A stretch of DNA of 64,000 nucleotides from an uncultured Armatimonadetes bacterium (GTDB taxonomy: Bacteria > Armatimonadota > Hebobacteria > Hebobacterales > Hebobacteraceae). Below are positions 29,930 through 40,717 of this stretch, in pieces; position 1 is the first letter of the stretch, and each line of letters begins with the position of its first letter. The stretch lies in assembly GCA_963716175.1 (NCBI GenBank), contig OY970296.1, positions 3,424,001-3,488,000 of the forward strand, in the 5' to 3' direction. Made by a program: the position numbers and the translations under genes. The notes beneath the pieces were generated by a model, which was given only the letters and a program-made list of their open reading frames with translations, had not been told where the DNA came from and did no database searches.

Positions 29930-31035
29930 TTCGCCGCCTTGGGCTGCTGGCGGCTGCGGTCTTCGTCATAGCTGCGACTTGTCACCCGGCGCCGGCCGGC
30001 CCGCTGTGCTATGCCCAGCGGGTGGCGGCGGGGGTCGCCCTTCACGTCGTTGATGTAGACCTCCAGGACCCTCGTGTGGTGGTGTCGCCGGCCGTGGCCG
30101 CCAGAGGCATCGGCCACTGTGAGACGTTCGGCCGCTTCATCGCCCGGCTGCGGCCCGCGGCCGCGGTGAACGGGACCTTCTTCAGCAAGCGCAGCCTCCG
30201 CCCGGTGGGTGACATTGTGGTGGGCGGCAAAGTAGCCCACTTCGGCGGGATGGGGACTGCATTCGCGTTCGCCAAGGAGGGGGTGGACGTGGTGCGGCTG
30301 CCCAAGAGCCGGCGCGTGGATTGGTCGGAACACCGGGCGGCGCTGGCCGGGGGGCCTCTGCTGGTGTGGGACGGCTTCGCCAAGCCGATGCCGGGAGGGG
30401 AGGGATTCGGCGACCCCCACGTGTTCGCGCGGTCGGCCCCGCGGACGGCGATGGGCATCACCAATGACAACCACCTGCTGCTGGTGACCACGGTGCGAGG
30501 AAGCTCGCTGGGGGCGCTGGCCCGGGCGCTCCGCAGTCTGGGGGCAAGGTATGCCATCAACCTGGACGGCGGGTCCTCCACCGGTATGTACTACCAGGGC
30601 CGCATGGTCCAGGGAGCGAAGCGGGCGCTGACCAATGTGCTGGCGGTGTACGTGAAGCCGGAGGCGCCCAAGCGGGGCCCGCTCCGGCCTCCCCGAGGGC
30701 TGGACTGGCGCAGTGGACACCCGGCGCGACCGGTGCTCAGGTTCTCAGCGCGAGAGCTGCGCATCTCGGTGCGGTTGCCCCGCACCTGGGAACAGCAGAC
30801 CAGCATCTACCTGAAGGCGAGCCGGCCCCTGCCCGAGGGTTGGGCGCTGCGGGTGCAGGTTGACCAGAAGAGGGCGGCCACTGCGAATGCGCTGCCAACC
30901 GAAGTGGCGCTCGATCTCGCCAGCCTGGACCCGAAGGCCGAGCACGAGATCCGGATCAATGCCGTGAACGCGGACGGCAGGATCATGGGGCACGGCGAGC
31001 GGCTCTTTCGCATGGCCAAGGCGGCCGCGAGTTGA
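29881..31035 (+). CDS. Phosphodiester glycosidase (NAGPA/DUF2233) family protein; start uncertain
   Basis: AAVNGTFF, GGPLLV, PRTAMG, AINLDGGSST. Confidence 0.8.
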   Translation: MLFPGIRLASRGDSGLVRRLGLLAAAVFVIAATCHPAPAGPLCYAQRVAAGVALHVVDVDLQDPRVVVSPAVAARGIGHCETFGRFIARLRPAAAVNGTFFSKRSLRPVGDIVVGGKVAHFGGMGTAFAFAKEGVDVVRLPKSRRVDWSEHRAALAGGPLLVWDGFAKPMPGGEGFGDPHVFARSAPRTAMGITNDNHLLLVTTVRGSSLGALARALRSLGARYAINLDGGSSTGMYYQGRMVQGAKRALTNVLAVYVKPEAPKRGPLRPPRGLDWRSGHPARPVLRFSARELRISVRLPRTWEQQTSIYLKASRPLPEGWALRVQVDQKRAATANALPTEVALDLASLDPKAEHEIRINAVNADGRIMGHGERLFRMAKAAAS

Positions 31036-31088
31036 CCTGCCAGGCGGAGGGGCGGCTGCCCGTGCACGGTGCCGCGACGGCGTCCACG

Positions 31089-32442
31089 ATGACCTACCAC
31101 ATCACCACCTTCGGCTGCCAGATGAACGAGGCCGACTCCGACCTGATGGGCGCGCTGCTGGAGGAGGCGGGTTGGAAGCGAGCCGCCTCTCGCGAGGGGG
31201 CCGACCTGATCATTCTCAACACCTGCTCGGTGCGCGAGAAGCCGGAGCACAAAGTCTACAGCCTGCTGGGTGAGCTGCGGGAGCAGAAGCAGGAGAGGCC
31301 GGGGATGGTGATCGCGGTCACTGGCTGTATGGCCCAGGGGGAGGGCAAGCGGCTGCTGGCGCGTGCCGGCTATGTGGATCTGGTGGTGGGAACGCGGTCG
31401 TTCCACCGGATTCCAGAGTTGCTGGCCCGCGCTGGCGGGGGAGCGGCCGCTCATCGCTGTGGAGATGGAGGGGGATCCCTCTTCTCTTCGCTGCCGGCCG
31501 GCGGCGGAGGAACGTGCGGCCCCGCTGCGCGCTTTCGTGCCCATCATCCGCGGGTGCAGCAACTTCTGCAGCTACTGCATTGTGCCTTTCGTGCGCGGCC
31601 CCGAGAGCAGCCGGCCGCAGAGCGAGATCGTGAGCGAAGTGCGCAGCCTGGTGTCACGCGGGACGCGAGAGGTGACGTTGCTGGGGCAGAACGTGTTGGC
31701 GTGGGGCAGCGACCTGGGCGAGCGGCGGGCATGCCGAGACATGCCCGCCCTACAGGACGACGGGTTGCCCGACCTGCTCCGGGAGCTGAACGACGTCGAG
31801 GGGCTGTGGCGGGTGCGATTCCTGACCTGCCATCCCAGGGATGTCACAGACGACCTGATCGCGGCCATGGCGGACTCGGCGAAGGTGTGCGAGCACATTC
31901 ACCTGCCCATTCAGGCCGGCACCGATCGCTTGCTGACAGAGATGAACCGCGGGTACACGGTGGAGCAGTACCTGGATGTGGTCGCCCGGCTGAGGACTGC
32001 GATTCCCGGGCTCGCGATCACGACCGACATGATAGTCGGTTATCCGGGCGAGACCGAGGACGAGTTCGAGGAAAGCCTGTCCGTCTACCAAGCGATTGGC
32101 TTCGACGCGGCCTTCATGGTCGCGTACTCCCCGCGGCCGGGCACGGCCGCGGCCGCGATGGGCGACCAAGTCCCGCGCAAGCTTGCGCGGGCGCGCCTGC
32201 AGAAGCTGATCGCGCGGCAGACTGCGATCACGGTGCAGAGAAACACGGCCGAGTTGGGCCGCGTGGTCGAGGTGCTGGTGGAGGGGCCGGCGGCGAAGGG
32301 TGAGGGCCTGCTGGCCGGCAAGACCCGCACCAACAAGCAGGTGGTCTTCGCGGGGGATGAGAAGCTGACCGGCTCACTGGTCAGCGTGCGGCTGAGCGAA
32401 GCGAACCTGTGGGGGTTTCGGGGGAACGTGGCGGCCCGATAG
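31089..32442 (+). CDS. miaB: tRNA methylthiotransferase, frameshifted near 31425-31441
   Basis: [30 protein letters not shown] radical SAM motif, C-terminal TRAM domain. Confidence 0.9.
31724..31754 (-). repeat. REP-like palindrome in-frame within miaB
   Basis: GGCGGGCATGCCGAGACATGCCCGCCCTACA, near-identical to intergenic 43950-43980. Confidence 0.85.
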
Positions 32443-34143
<1,701 letters not shown>

Positions 34144-34218
34144 GGCAATCTTGGGGGAGTGGGGGAACGTAAGGCAAAAGCGTGCTTCTCCCCTGCCGGC
34201 TGGCCCAGGAGCAATCAC

Positions 34219-34527
34219 ATGAGAAGGAACAGACGACGCGCGAAACTGCAGGTTGAACTGGCCGACGGGGAGATTGTCACGTGCCACATTGTGCAGCAAG
34301 GCACCCGGCGTACTACTACGTTGATAGACGGTGAATGGCCGCATCAGCTCGATAAAGACCGCACGTACGACCTTGAAGCGTTTGTATTCTACGCCGAGCT
34401 GTACAGCCCTCAGTTGCGCGTCCGACGGAGCAGGAGTGCCGTAAGAGCGCGGCTCATCTATGAGGGCGAGTATGAGCACAGCGTGCCCTGGCGGACACTT
34501 CGCACTGCTGATGCCAATCCCATGTGA
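34219..34527 (+). CDS. Hypothetical protein
   Basis: AGGAG upstream of ATG; atypical lower-GC codon usage; no recognised motif. Confidence 0.4.
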   Translation: MRRNRRRAKLQVELADGEIVTCHIVQQGTRRTTTLIDGEWPHQLDKDRTYDLEAFVFYAELYSPQLRVRRSRSAVRARLIYEGEYEHSVPWRTLRTADANPM

Positions 34528-34710
34528 GTTCGTGGGCCGCGAGCGCGTGAGGCCGGAGGACGTTCGTTGGGCAGGACTAGTGCTCCTGCTATGGAGCGAC
34601 CAGTTCCGTCCAGAATCAGGGGCCATTCCCAAGCGGAGCACGCGACACGCGATCTGCGGCTTGACAATGCTCCGCTGCAGCCCTATCCTGCCAATCAGGG
34701 AGGTACCGCG

Positions 34711-34926
34711 ATGACCAGCCAAGACCATAATGACGACAAGCCTGCAGAACCTTCACAGGAACCAGCCGCTCCAGCCGAGCCTCCTCCGGCCCCGGCGAGT
34801 GACAGCGAGCCCGCTACAGTGCCCCTCGAATACCACACGGCAGCCGATGACGGGCCTCAGGCCAACACTGCGCTACCGACCGAACAGGGGCAGCAACGCG
34901 AGGCCGACGAGGGGAAGAAGAAGTAG
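34711..34926 (+). CDS. Small acidic Pro-rich hypothetical protein
   Basis: TTGACA-17-TATCCT promoter (34661-34689) and GGGAGG RBS. Confidence 0.55.
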   Translation: MTSQDHNDDKPAEPSQEPAAPAEPPPAPASDSEPATVPLEYHTAADDGPQANTALPTEQGQQREADEGKKK

Positions 34927-35496
34927 GACCAGCGCCCACACGATTCGCCTACCAGCGGCCTTAAGTCGTTCACCGCGAACGCGCGTGACGACCCGCATGG
35001 CGGCCGCCGCCTCGGACAACCAGGCCGCGGCCTTCGCCTTCGCTTCTTCGGGGGTCTTCTCGTGGTCTGCAAATTTCAACGTGTGCCTGCCTGCGGGAGG
35101 GGAAGGCGTATCCTCGGGTCCCCGGGCACTCAGTGATGCCTTGAAGGCGAACACCGCCAGAAGGAAGCTTGGAATGCTCAGCAGGGCAAGCCACCAGCTC
35201 TTGCCCGCCGCGAAACCGCCGGCAATAGCTAGGACTCCAGACATGCCACCGATGTACTGAGCTACGCTGTCGGCCTTTGACTCCAGAATTCTGACTGCTT
35301 CTGCTACTGTTTCATACTCGCTCCTCGCGTACTCGTAGACCCAGTTGTAGTCCACACCGGCCTTGCCTTCATATGAGTCCGCGAATTTCTTCGCCTTCTT
35401 GTAGGCCTCGTCGTCCTTGATCCGCTCCTTCATCGACCCCTGACGAGCCGCCGCGCTTCGCCGACCTCCCTTCGACTCCTGCTGGTTCGCCTTCAT
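34873..35496 (-). CDS. 3-TM membrane protein, Pycsar-effector-like topology
   Basis: Helical N-terminus, ESKAD then two TMs, loop, basic helix then C-terminal TM; G-rich RBS. Confidence 0.55.
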   Translation of the reverse strand: MKANQQESKGGRRSAAARQGSMKERIKDDEAYKKAKKFADSYEGKAGVDYNWVYEYARSEYETVAEAVRILESKADSVAQYIGGMSGVLAIAGGFAAGKSWWLALLSIPSFLLAVFAFKASLSARGPEDTPSPPAGRHTLKFADHEKTPEEAKAKAAAWLSEAAAAMRVVTRVRGERLKAAGRRIVWALVLLLLPLVGLALLPLFGR

Positions 35497-35678
35497 CTGT
35501 CCCCCCTTCCCCTTTCGCATGCCTATCGCGACATTCCCCCTGTTCGTGGGGAACCGAGCCTTGCCTTCTGCCCGTTAATCGGGACGCCCCGCGGCGCTCT
35601 AACCCTATCCGAATCGCCAGCCGCGATCCTGCGCTCAGTGAGAGTAGGCAAGCTCCTGCCCACGCACCGCCCCAAGTT

Positions 35679-35789
35679 GTCATCCTCAGGCGAAGCCGAA
35701 GAGCCTGCCCTGAGCGAAGCCGAAGGGATCACGCCGTTGCGGTCACGAGGTGTGAACAACGGGGTCCTTCGCTCCGCTCAGGATGACAC
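35679..35789. repeat. GTCATCCT..AGGATGAC-type inverted repeat with nested 24-nt repeat
   Basis: TGTCATCCT...CGAAG / CCTTCGCTCCGCTCAGGATGACA; nested CCTGCCCTGAGCGAAGCCGAAGGG at 35704-35727. Confidence 0.75.
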
Positions 35790-35820
35790 CGAGGGGCGGT
35801 CGCACCTTTGCTTTTGCCAG

Positions 35821-35934
35821 TTGACTATCACACTTCTGTTTGCTATTATAGCCGGGCCGCCTTTCGCGCCTTCAGGAGTATTGACATACTATATATAGTG
35901 TGGTATGCATAAGTGGAGGTACGGTATCTAGTGA
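35821..35934 (+). promoter_or_regulatory. Tandem sigma70 promoters with NrdR boxes
   Basis: TTGACT-17-TATTAT (35821-35849); TTGACA-17-TATGCA (35881-35909); NrdR box ATACTATATATAGTGT 35886-35901; weaker box 35919-35934. Confidence 0.8.
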
Positions 35935-35944
35935 GAGCGCGGCC

Positions 35945-36457
35945 ATGAAGTGCCCCTTTTGCCAGTACGAAGACAGCCGGGTGGTGGATTCCCGGACGGG
36001 TGATGACGGCAGCGTGGTGCGGCGGAGGCGGGAGTGCCCGGAGTGCCACCGGCGGTTCACCACGTACGAGCGGCCGGGCGAGGTGCGCGTGTTCGTGATC
36101 AAGAAGGACGGCCGGCGGGAGCCCTTCGACCGGGCGAAGGTGATCCTGGGGATGACCAAGGCCTGCGAGAAGCGGCCCATCGGCCGGGATGTGATCGAGC
36201 AGGCGGCGGACGAGGTGGAGCGGCGCATCAGGGACGAGCTGGCGGAGGAGGTGTCCAGCAGCGAGATCGGCGCGCTGGTGATGGAGAAGCTGCGCGCGAT
36301 AGACGAGGTGGCCTATGTGAGGTTCGCCTCGGTGTACAAGGAGTTCCGCGACGCCGACTCGTTCCTGAAGGAGGTGGAGGGCCTGGTACGGAAGTCGCGG
36401 ACCCCGGCCCCGACGGCCACCGTATCGAAGTCGGATGATGATGCTGGTCAGCACTAA
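35945..36457 (+). CDS. nrdR: Transcriptional repressor NrdR
   Basis: MKCPFC..SRVVDSR..RRRRECPEC..RFTTYE, ATP cone, VAYVRFASVY. Confidence 0.96.
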   Translation: MKCPFCQYEDSRVVDSRTGDDGSVVRRRRECPECHRRFTTYERPGEVRVFVIKKDGRREPFDRAKVILGMTKACEKRPIGRDVIEQAADEVERRIRDELAEEVSSSEIGALVMEKLRAIDEVAYVRFASVYKEFRDADSFLKEVEGLVRKSRTPAPTATVSKSDDDAGQH

Positions 36458-36486
36458 TCGCTGCATTCATGGAGAGCAACTAGACT

Positions 36487-38775
36487 ATGGCTAGCTTACC
36501 CTCAGATCTACCCCTGCCGCGATTCTCGGAGAACGCCCTCACGGTATTGCAGAAGCGTTACCTCCGCAAGAACGAAGACGGAATACCGATGGAGGAGCCC
36601 TGGGAGATGTTCTGGCGCGTGGCCCACGATGTGGCCATGGCCAGCCGGCGCTATGACCCGGCGGCGGACGTGGAGGCCGAGGCGCGGGAGTTCTACGAGG
36701 CGATGGCGAGGCTGGAGTTCCTGCCCAACTCGCCCACCCTGATGAACGCGGGGCGGGAGCTGCAGCAGTTGTCGGCCTGCTTCGTGCTCCCGGTGGAAGA
36801 CTCCATGGAGTCCATCTTCGACGCCATCAAGAGCACCGCCCTCATCCACCAGTCCGGCGGCGGCACCGGTTTCTCTTTCTCCCGCCTGCGCCCGAAGGGC
36901 GATATCGTGCAGAAGACGGGCGGCATCGCCTCGGGGCCGGTGTCGTTCATGAAGGTGTTCAACGCCGCGACGGAGGCGGTGAAGCAGGGCGGGACCCGGC
37001 GGGGCGCGAACATGGCCATCCTGCGGGCCGATCACCCGGACATCATCGAGTTCATCACCGCGAAGCGCGATACCTCGGTGCTGACGAACTTCAACATCTC
37101 GGTGGGGCTCACCGAAGAGTTCATGAGGGCGGTTCAGGCCGGGGCGGACTACGACCTGATCAACCCTCGGACCAAGAAGGTGGTGCGCCGGCTGTCGGCG
37201 CGGGAAGTGTTCGATCTGATTGTTGAGAGCGCGTGGGCGACGGGGGAGCCGGGCATCATCTTCCTGGATCGCATCAACCAGTCCAACCCCACCCCCGAGC
37301 TGGGGGCGATCGAATCCACCAACCCCTGCGGCGAGCAGCCTCTGCTGCCCTATGAGGCCTGCAACCTGGGCTCGATCGACCTCGCCCGTTTCCTGACCCC
37401 CGGACCCAGGCCGGAGATAGACTGGGAGCGCCTGGGGCGGATGGTGCGGCTGGGGGTGCGGTTCCTGGACAATGTGATTGATGTCAACAAGTACCCGCTG
37501 CCTGCGATTGATGAGCTGGCGCGGGGCAACCGGAAGATCGGCCTGGGGGTGATGGGGTTTGCGGATATGCTGATCCGGCTGGGCATCCCGTACAACTCAG
37601 AGGCCGGACTCGAGACCGCGGAGCGGGTGACGGGGTTCATCCGGGAGCGCGGCTGGGAGGCCTCGGCGGAGATGGCGCGGGAGCGGGGCGTGTTTCCGAA
37701 TTTCGACCGCAGCCGATTCGCCGAGAGCGGGCCCCGCTTGCGCAATGCCACGGTGACTACCATTGCACCCACCGGTACCCTCTCCATCATCGCCGGGTGC
37801 TCGTCCGGGATCGAGCCCCTGTTCGCAATCGTCTTCACCCGCCGCATCCTGGACGGGCAGGAGCTGGTCGAGGTGCATCCGCTGTTCGAGCAGGTGGCGC
37901 GGGAGCGGGGGTTCTACTCGCAGGAGCTGATGCACGAGATCAGTCAGCACAAGTCGCTGGTGGACGTGGAGGAGGTGCCGGTGGAGGTGCGGCGTCTGTT
38001 CGTGAACGCCTATGACATCCCGCCCGAGTGGCACATCCGGATGCAGGCCCAGGTCCAGAAGCACACGGACAACGCGGTTTCCAAGACCGTCAACTTCCGC
38101 AATGAGGCCACGCAGGAGGACATCCGCCGCGTCTATCTGCTGGCCCATGAGCTGGGGTGCAAGGGGGTGACCGTATACCGGGACGGCTCGCGGGAGGCGC
38201 AGGTGCTGACCACCGGGCAGCGGGCCCCGGTGAAGGTGGAAGGCGCGGCAGTGGTGATGAAGGCCGCCTCCATCGTGCCCCGTCCGCGGCCGGTTCTCAC
38301 CAAGGGCACCACCGAAAAGCTGAGGACGGGCTGCGGGAACCTCTATATCACCATCAACCAGGACGAGGAAGGCCTGTGCGAGGTTTTCACCACCATCGGC
38401 AAGTCCGGCGGGTGCACCGCTTCCCAGTCCGAGGCCACCAGCAGGATGATCTCGCTGGCGCTGCGCTCCGGCGTGGATCCGAACTCGGTGGTGGAGCAGC
38501 TAAAGGGGATTCGTTGTCCCATGCCCTCCTGGGACCAGGGCGCAGTGACTCTGTCCTGCGCGGACGCGATCGGGAAGGCGATCGAGCGCTACCTATCCAG
38601 CAACGGCGGAGGAGGAGACCAGGGCAACCCAGTGGGAGCAAACCCGAAGCCCCTCCCGCAGAGCAATGTAGCGAGCGCGGGCTACAACCCGGAGTGCCCG
38701 GAATGCGGGACGATGCTGGAGCTGCTGGAGGGATGCGTGGTGTGCCGGGCCTGCGGATACTCTCGCTGCGCCTAG
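36487..38775 (+). CDS. nrdJ: Vitamin B12-dependent (class II) ribonucleotide reductase with TSCPD and zinc-ribbon tail
   Basis: PNSPTLMNAG, LSACF, TNPCGEQ, TIAPTGT, TVYRDGSR, CPECG..CRACGYSRC. Confidence 0.93.
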   Translation: MASLPSDLPLPRFSENALTVLQKRYLRKNEDGIPMEEPWEMFWRVAHDVAMASRRYDPAADVEAEAREFYEAMARLEFLPNSPTLMNAGRELQQLSACFVLPVEDSMESIFDAIKSTALIHQSGGGTGFSFSRLRPKGDIVQKTGGIASGPVSFMKVFNAATEAVKQGGTRRGANMAILRADHPDIIEFITAKRDTSVLTNFNISVGLTEEFMRAVQAGADYDLINPRTKKVVRRLSAREVFDLIVESAWATGEPGIIFLDRINQSNPTPELGAIESTNPCGEQPLLPYEACNLGSIDLARFLTPGPRPEIDWERLGRMVRLGVRFLDNVIDVNKYPLPAIDELARGNRKIGLGVMGFADMLIRLGIPYNSEAGLETAERVTGFIRERGWEASAEMARERGVFPNFDRSRFAESGPRLRNATVTTIAPTGTLSIIAGCSSGIEPLFAIVFTRRILDGQELVEVHPLFEQVARERGFYSQELMHEISQHKSLVDVEEVPVEVRRLFVNAYDIPPEWHIRMQAQVQKHTDNAVSKTVNFRNEATQEDIRRVYLLAHELGCKGVTVYRDGSREAQVLTTGQRAPVKVEGAAVVMKAASIVPRPRPVLTKGTTEKLRTGCGNLYITINQDEEGLCEVFTTIGKSGGCTASQSEATSRMISLALRSGVDPNSVVEQLKGIRCPMPSWDQGAVTLSCADAIGKAIERYLSSNGGGGDQGNPVGANPKPLPQSNVASAGYNPECPECGTMLELLEGCVVCRACGYSRCA

Positions 38776-38819
38776 CCCAAGCTTGTCCCGAGACCTGAAC
38801 AAGGCGGACCCGGGAGGGC

Positions 38820-38934
38820 TTGACCAGCCGGTAGCCAGACAGTATGCTGTGGTCGCATCCTCGTGATGGATTTGAGGATAGCAGTCGGGCCCTGAAAGCC
38901 ACCTCGACGAAAGCGTCGAGGCGGCTTTTTCTTT
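38820..38934 (+). ncRNA. Candidate small RNA: promoter + ~80 nt + intrinsic terminator
   Basis: TTGACC-17-TATGCT (38820-38848); hairpin ATCCTC..GAGGAT; terminator AAAGCCACCTCGACG-AAAG-CGTCGAGGCGGCTTTTTCTTT. Confidence 0.45.
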
Positions 38935-39012
38935 GGGAGAAGCGCCACGAGTGCGCGGCCGGGGCATCGCCCCGGTACAGGTATCGGCACGATCCTGCCG
39001 GCTTCACCTCCT

Positions 39013-39365
39013 TTGTGCCAGATAACAGCCACGAGCGCTAGCCTGTGTCGCCGCAACAGACAGAGCCGAAGTCGCAAGGAAGGGGCAGTGATCGTGAGGC
39101 CCTCGCGGCGGGGAACCGCCGCGAGGGTCCCGACGGCAAGATGCGGGCGGGCCAGAGGCCGAGCTAACCCCGCCGAGTTCGGCCCCTCCGTCCGCTTAGA
39201 GCGAAGATAGCACGCGAGATCCCAGGGTTGGGGCTGGGGGGGGTGACGCCGAGGGCATCCCAGAACCCGGTCGGTCGTCGGGGCCGGTCCCGCATGAGCC
39301 CGCGGACCAGGGGCAGCAGAGGGCCGGCGTGATGGGCAGCCCAGCACGAGCTGCCTTCAGTAGAG
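39013..39365 (+). mobile_element. Probable 5' fragment (domain I region) of a group II intron, no RT ORF
   Basis: Colinear motifs recalled from bacterial group II introns: TGTGCCAGATAAC, GAGCCGAAG..AAGG, GCTAACC, CGCTTAGAGCGAAG, GGGGTGACGCCG, GAGGGCCGGCGTGATGGGC; no domain V seen. Confidence 0.5.
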
Positions 39366-39445
39366 CCAGACGGACCACAGCGATGCCACTCGGCGCTGCG
39401 AACAGGGCGACTCTTGCCTCCGAGTCGCCCTGTTTCGCGTCTCCA

Positions 39446-39576
39446 GTGGTGTTCGCACAGAGAAGCAGTGTGCGAACACCATCGCAAGCGTTTCTGGCGC
39501 GGTCTCTGAGCTTCGCCTCGGGACTCGATCAGGCGAAGCTCACCAGTCGTGTTCGCACACAGAAGTAATGAACGCC
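39446..39576 (+). repeat. Diverged copy of ~100-bp two-hairpin repeat
   Basis: GTTCGCACA..TGTGCGAAC and CTGAGCTTCGCC..GGCGAAGCTCA hairpins. Confidence 0.7.
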
Positions 39577-39641
39577 GGGCTTCTCAGCGCCCTGGGAAGC
39601 GCCCTGAGGGGTCTCGCCATCACTTCGTTTGGTGAAACCCG

Positions 39642-40259
39642 TTAGTGGGACTGCTCAGGACCGCTCTCGCCGGCCATCGCCACCGCGGGGCCGGCCGGGG
39701 CGGGCGGCCAGAGGCTGAACAGGTGGGGCACGATGACACGCCCTCGAATGGCGGCGACCGAGAGCATGCCGAAGCGACGGCTGTCGTAGGAGTTCGCCCC
39801 CGCATCGCCGAGCACGAAGACGCAGCCTGGCGGCACGCGGAGGCGAACCAGGTGGCCCAGGCTGGGATAGCGGCGGAGCAGATCGCGCGCCTGGGGGGCG
39901 CGATCGGGCGACAGCACCCAGGAGAGCTGCCCCTCCTCAGCCGGGGCCGCTACCCCCCACACCTCATCTCCTGCTACCGCGTAGACGCGCTTGAGGTAGG
40001 TCTGTCCATTGAAGCCGAACAGGACCACGTCGCCCCGTCCGACAGTCGCGTCACGGCTCAGTAGGGAGAGCAGAAAGACCTGTCCACTTCGGAAAGTCGG
40101 GGCCATGGACTCGCCCAGGACAACTCCTGGGCGCAACGGGGATGCAGCCAGGCCTATGGTCAAGCACATGCCGAGGAAGACCAGAGTGCGAATGCGCTCC
40201 GCCCTATCCGGCGGCGCCGGAGTCCCACTTCTCGCTACCTGCCATCGCCCGCGGAGCAT
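39642..40259 (-). CDS. lepB: Signal peptidase I
   Basis: GESMAPT (catalytic Ser), YLKRV (catalytic Lys), FVLGD..NSYDSRRFG. Confidence 0.85.
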   Translation of the reverse strand: MLRGRWQVARSGTPAPPDRAERIRTLVFLGMCLTIGLAASPLRPGVVLGESMAPTFRSGQVFLLSLLSRDATVGRGDVVLFGFNGQTYLKRVYAVAGDEVWGVAAPAEEGQLSWVLSPDRAPQARDLLRRYPSLGHLVRLRVPPGCVFVLGDAGANSYDSRRFGMLSVAAIRGRVIVPHLFSLWPPAPAGPAVAMAGESGPEQSH

Positions 40260-40308
40260 CTGGTATGCCTGCCGTTAGCAGTATTCCACGGCCTCGGTCT
40301 CTCGAACC

Positions 40309-40707
40309 TCACCCGCTGGCGATAACCTGCACCAGGACCCGCCGGCTTCTGGGGCCGTCGAACTCGCAGAAGTAGATCCCCTGCCAGGTGCCGAGTACAA
40401 GGCGCCCCTTCTCTACCGGGAGGGTCGCGGACAGCCCCACCAGGCTGGCCTTGACGTGGGCATCGGAGTTGCCCTCTCCATGGTCATACGGACCGTGCCG
40501 AGGCACCAGTCGGGAGAGCGTGGCCAAGACATCGGCCATCACATCCGGGTCTGCATTCTCATTGACCGTGATGCCACCGGTAGTATGCGTGCTGCACACG
40601 ACAGCAACGCCCCGGTCAACGTTTGTTTTTGCTACAGCGGACTGGACCTGTGCGGTAATATCAACATATTCACACCTAGCCTTGGTCCCAATATCTATTA
40701 TCTGCAC
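40309..40707 (-). CDS. yjbQ: YjbQ/UPF0047 family protein
   Basis: HTTGGITVNENADPDV, NSDAHVK, LGTWQGIYFCEFDGPR. Confidence 0.92.
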   Translation of the reverse strand: MQIIDIGTKARCEYVDITAQVQSAVAKTNVDRGVAVVCSTHTTGGITVNENADPDVMADVLATLSRLVPRHGPYDHGEGNSDAHVKASLVGLSATLPVEKGRLVLGTWQGIYFCEFDGPRSRRVLVQVIASG

Positions 40708-40717
40708 CAGAATCCTC

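Noticed and set aside
35821-36486. Cobalamin riboswitch for nrdJ
   Set aside because: No B12-box motifs; NrdR boxes explain the regulation.
36487-38775. Intein in the ribonucleotide reductase
   Set aside because: NPCGEQ and other usual insertion sites are uninterrupted; the length is normal.
39013-39365. RNase P RNA, suggested by CAGAACCCGG
   Set aside because: The GAGGAAAGTCC 5' strand of P4 and other conserved regions are absent.
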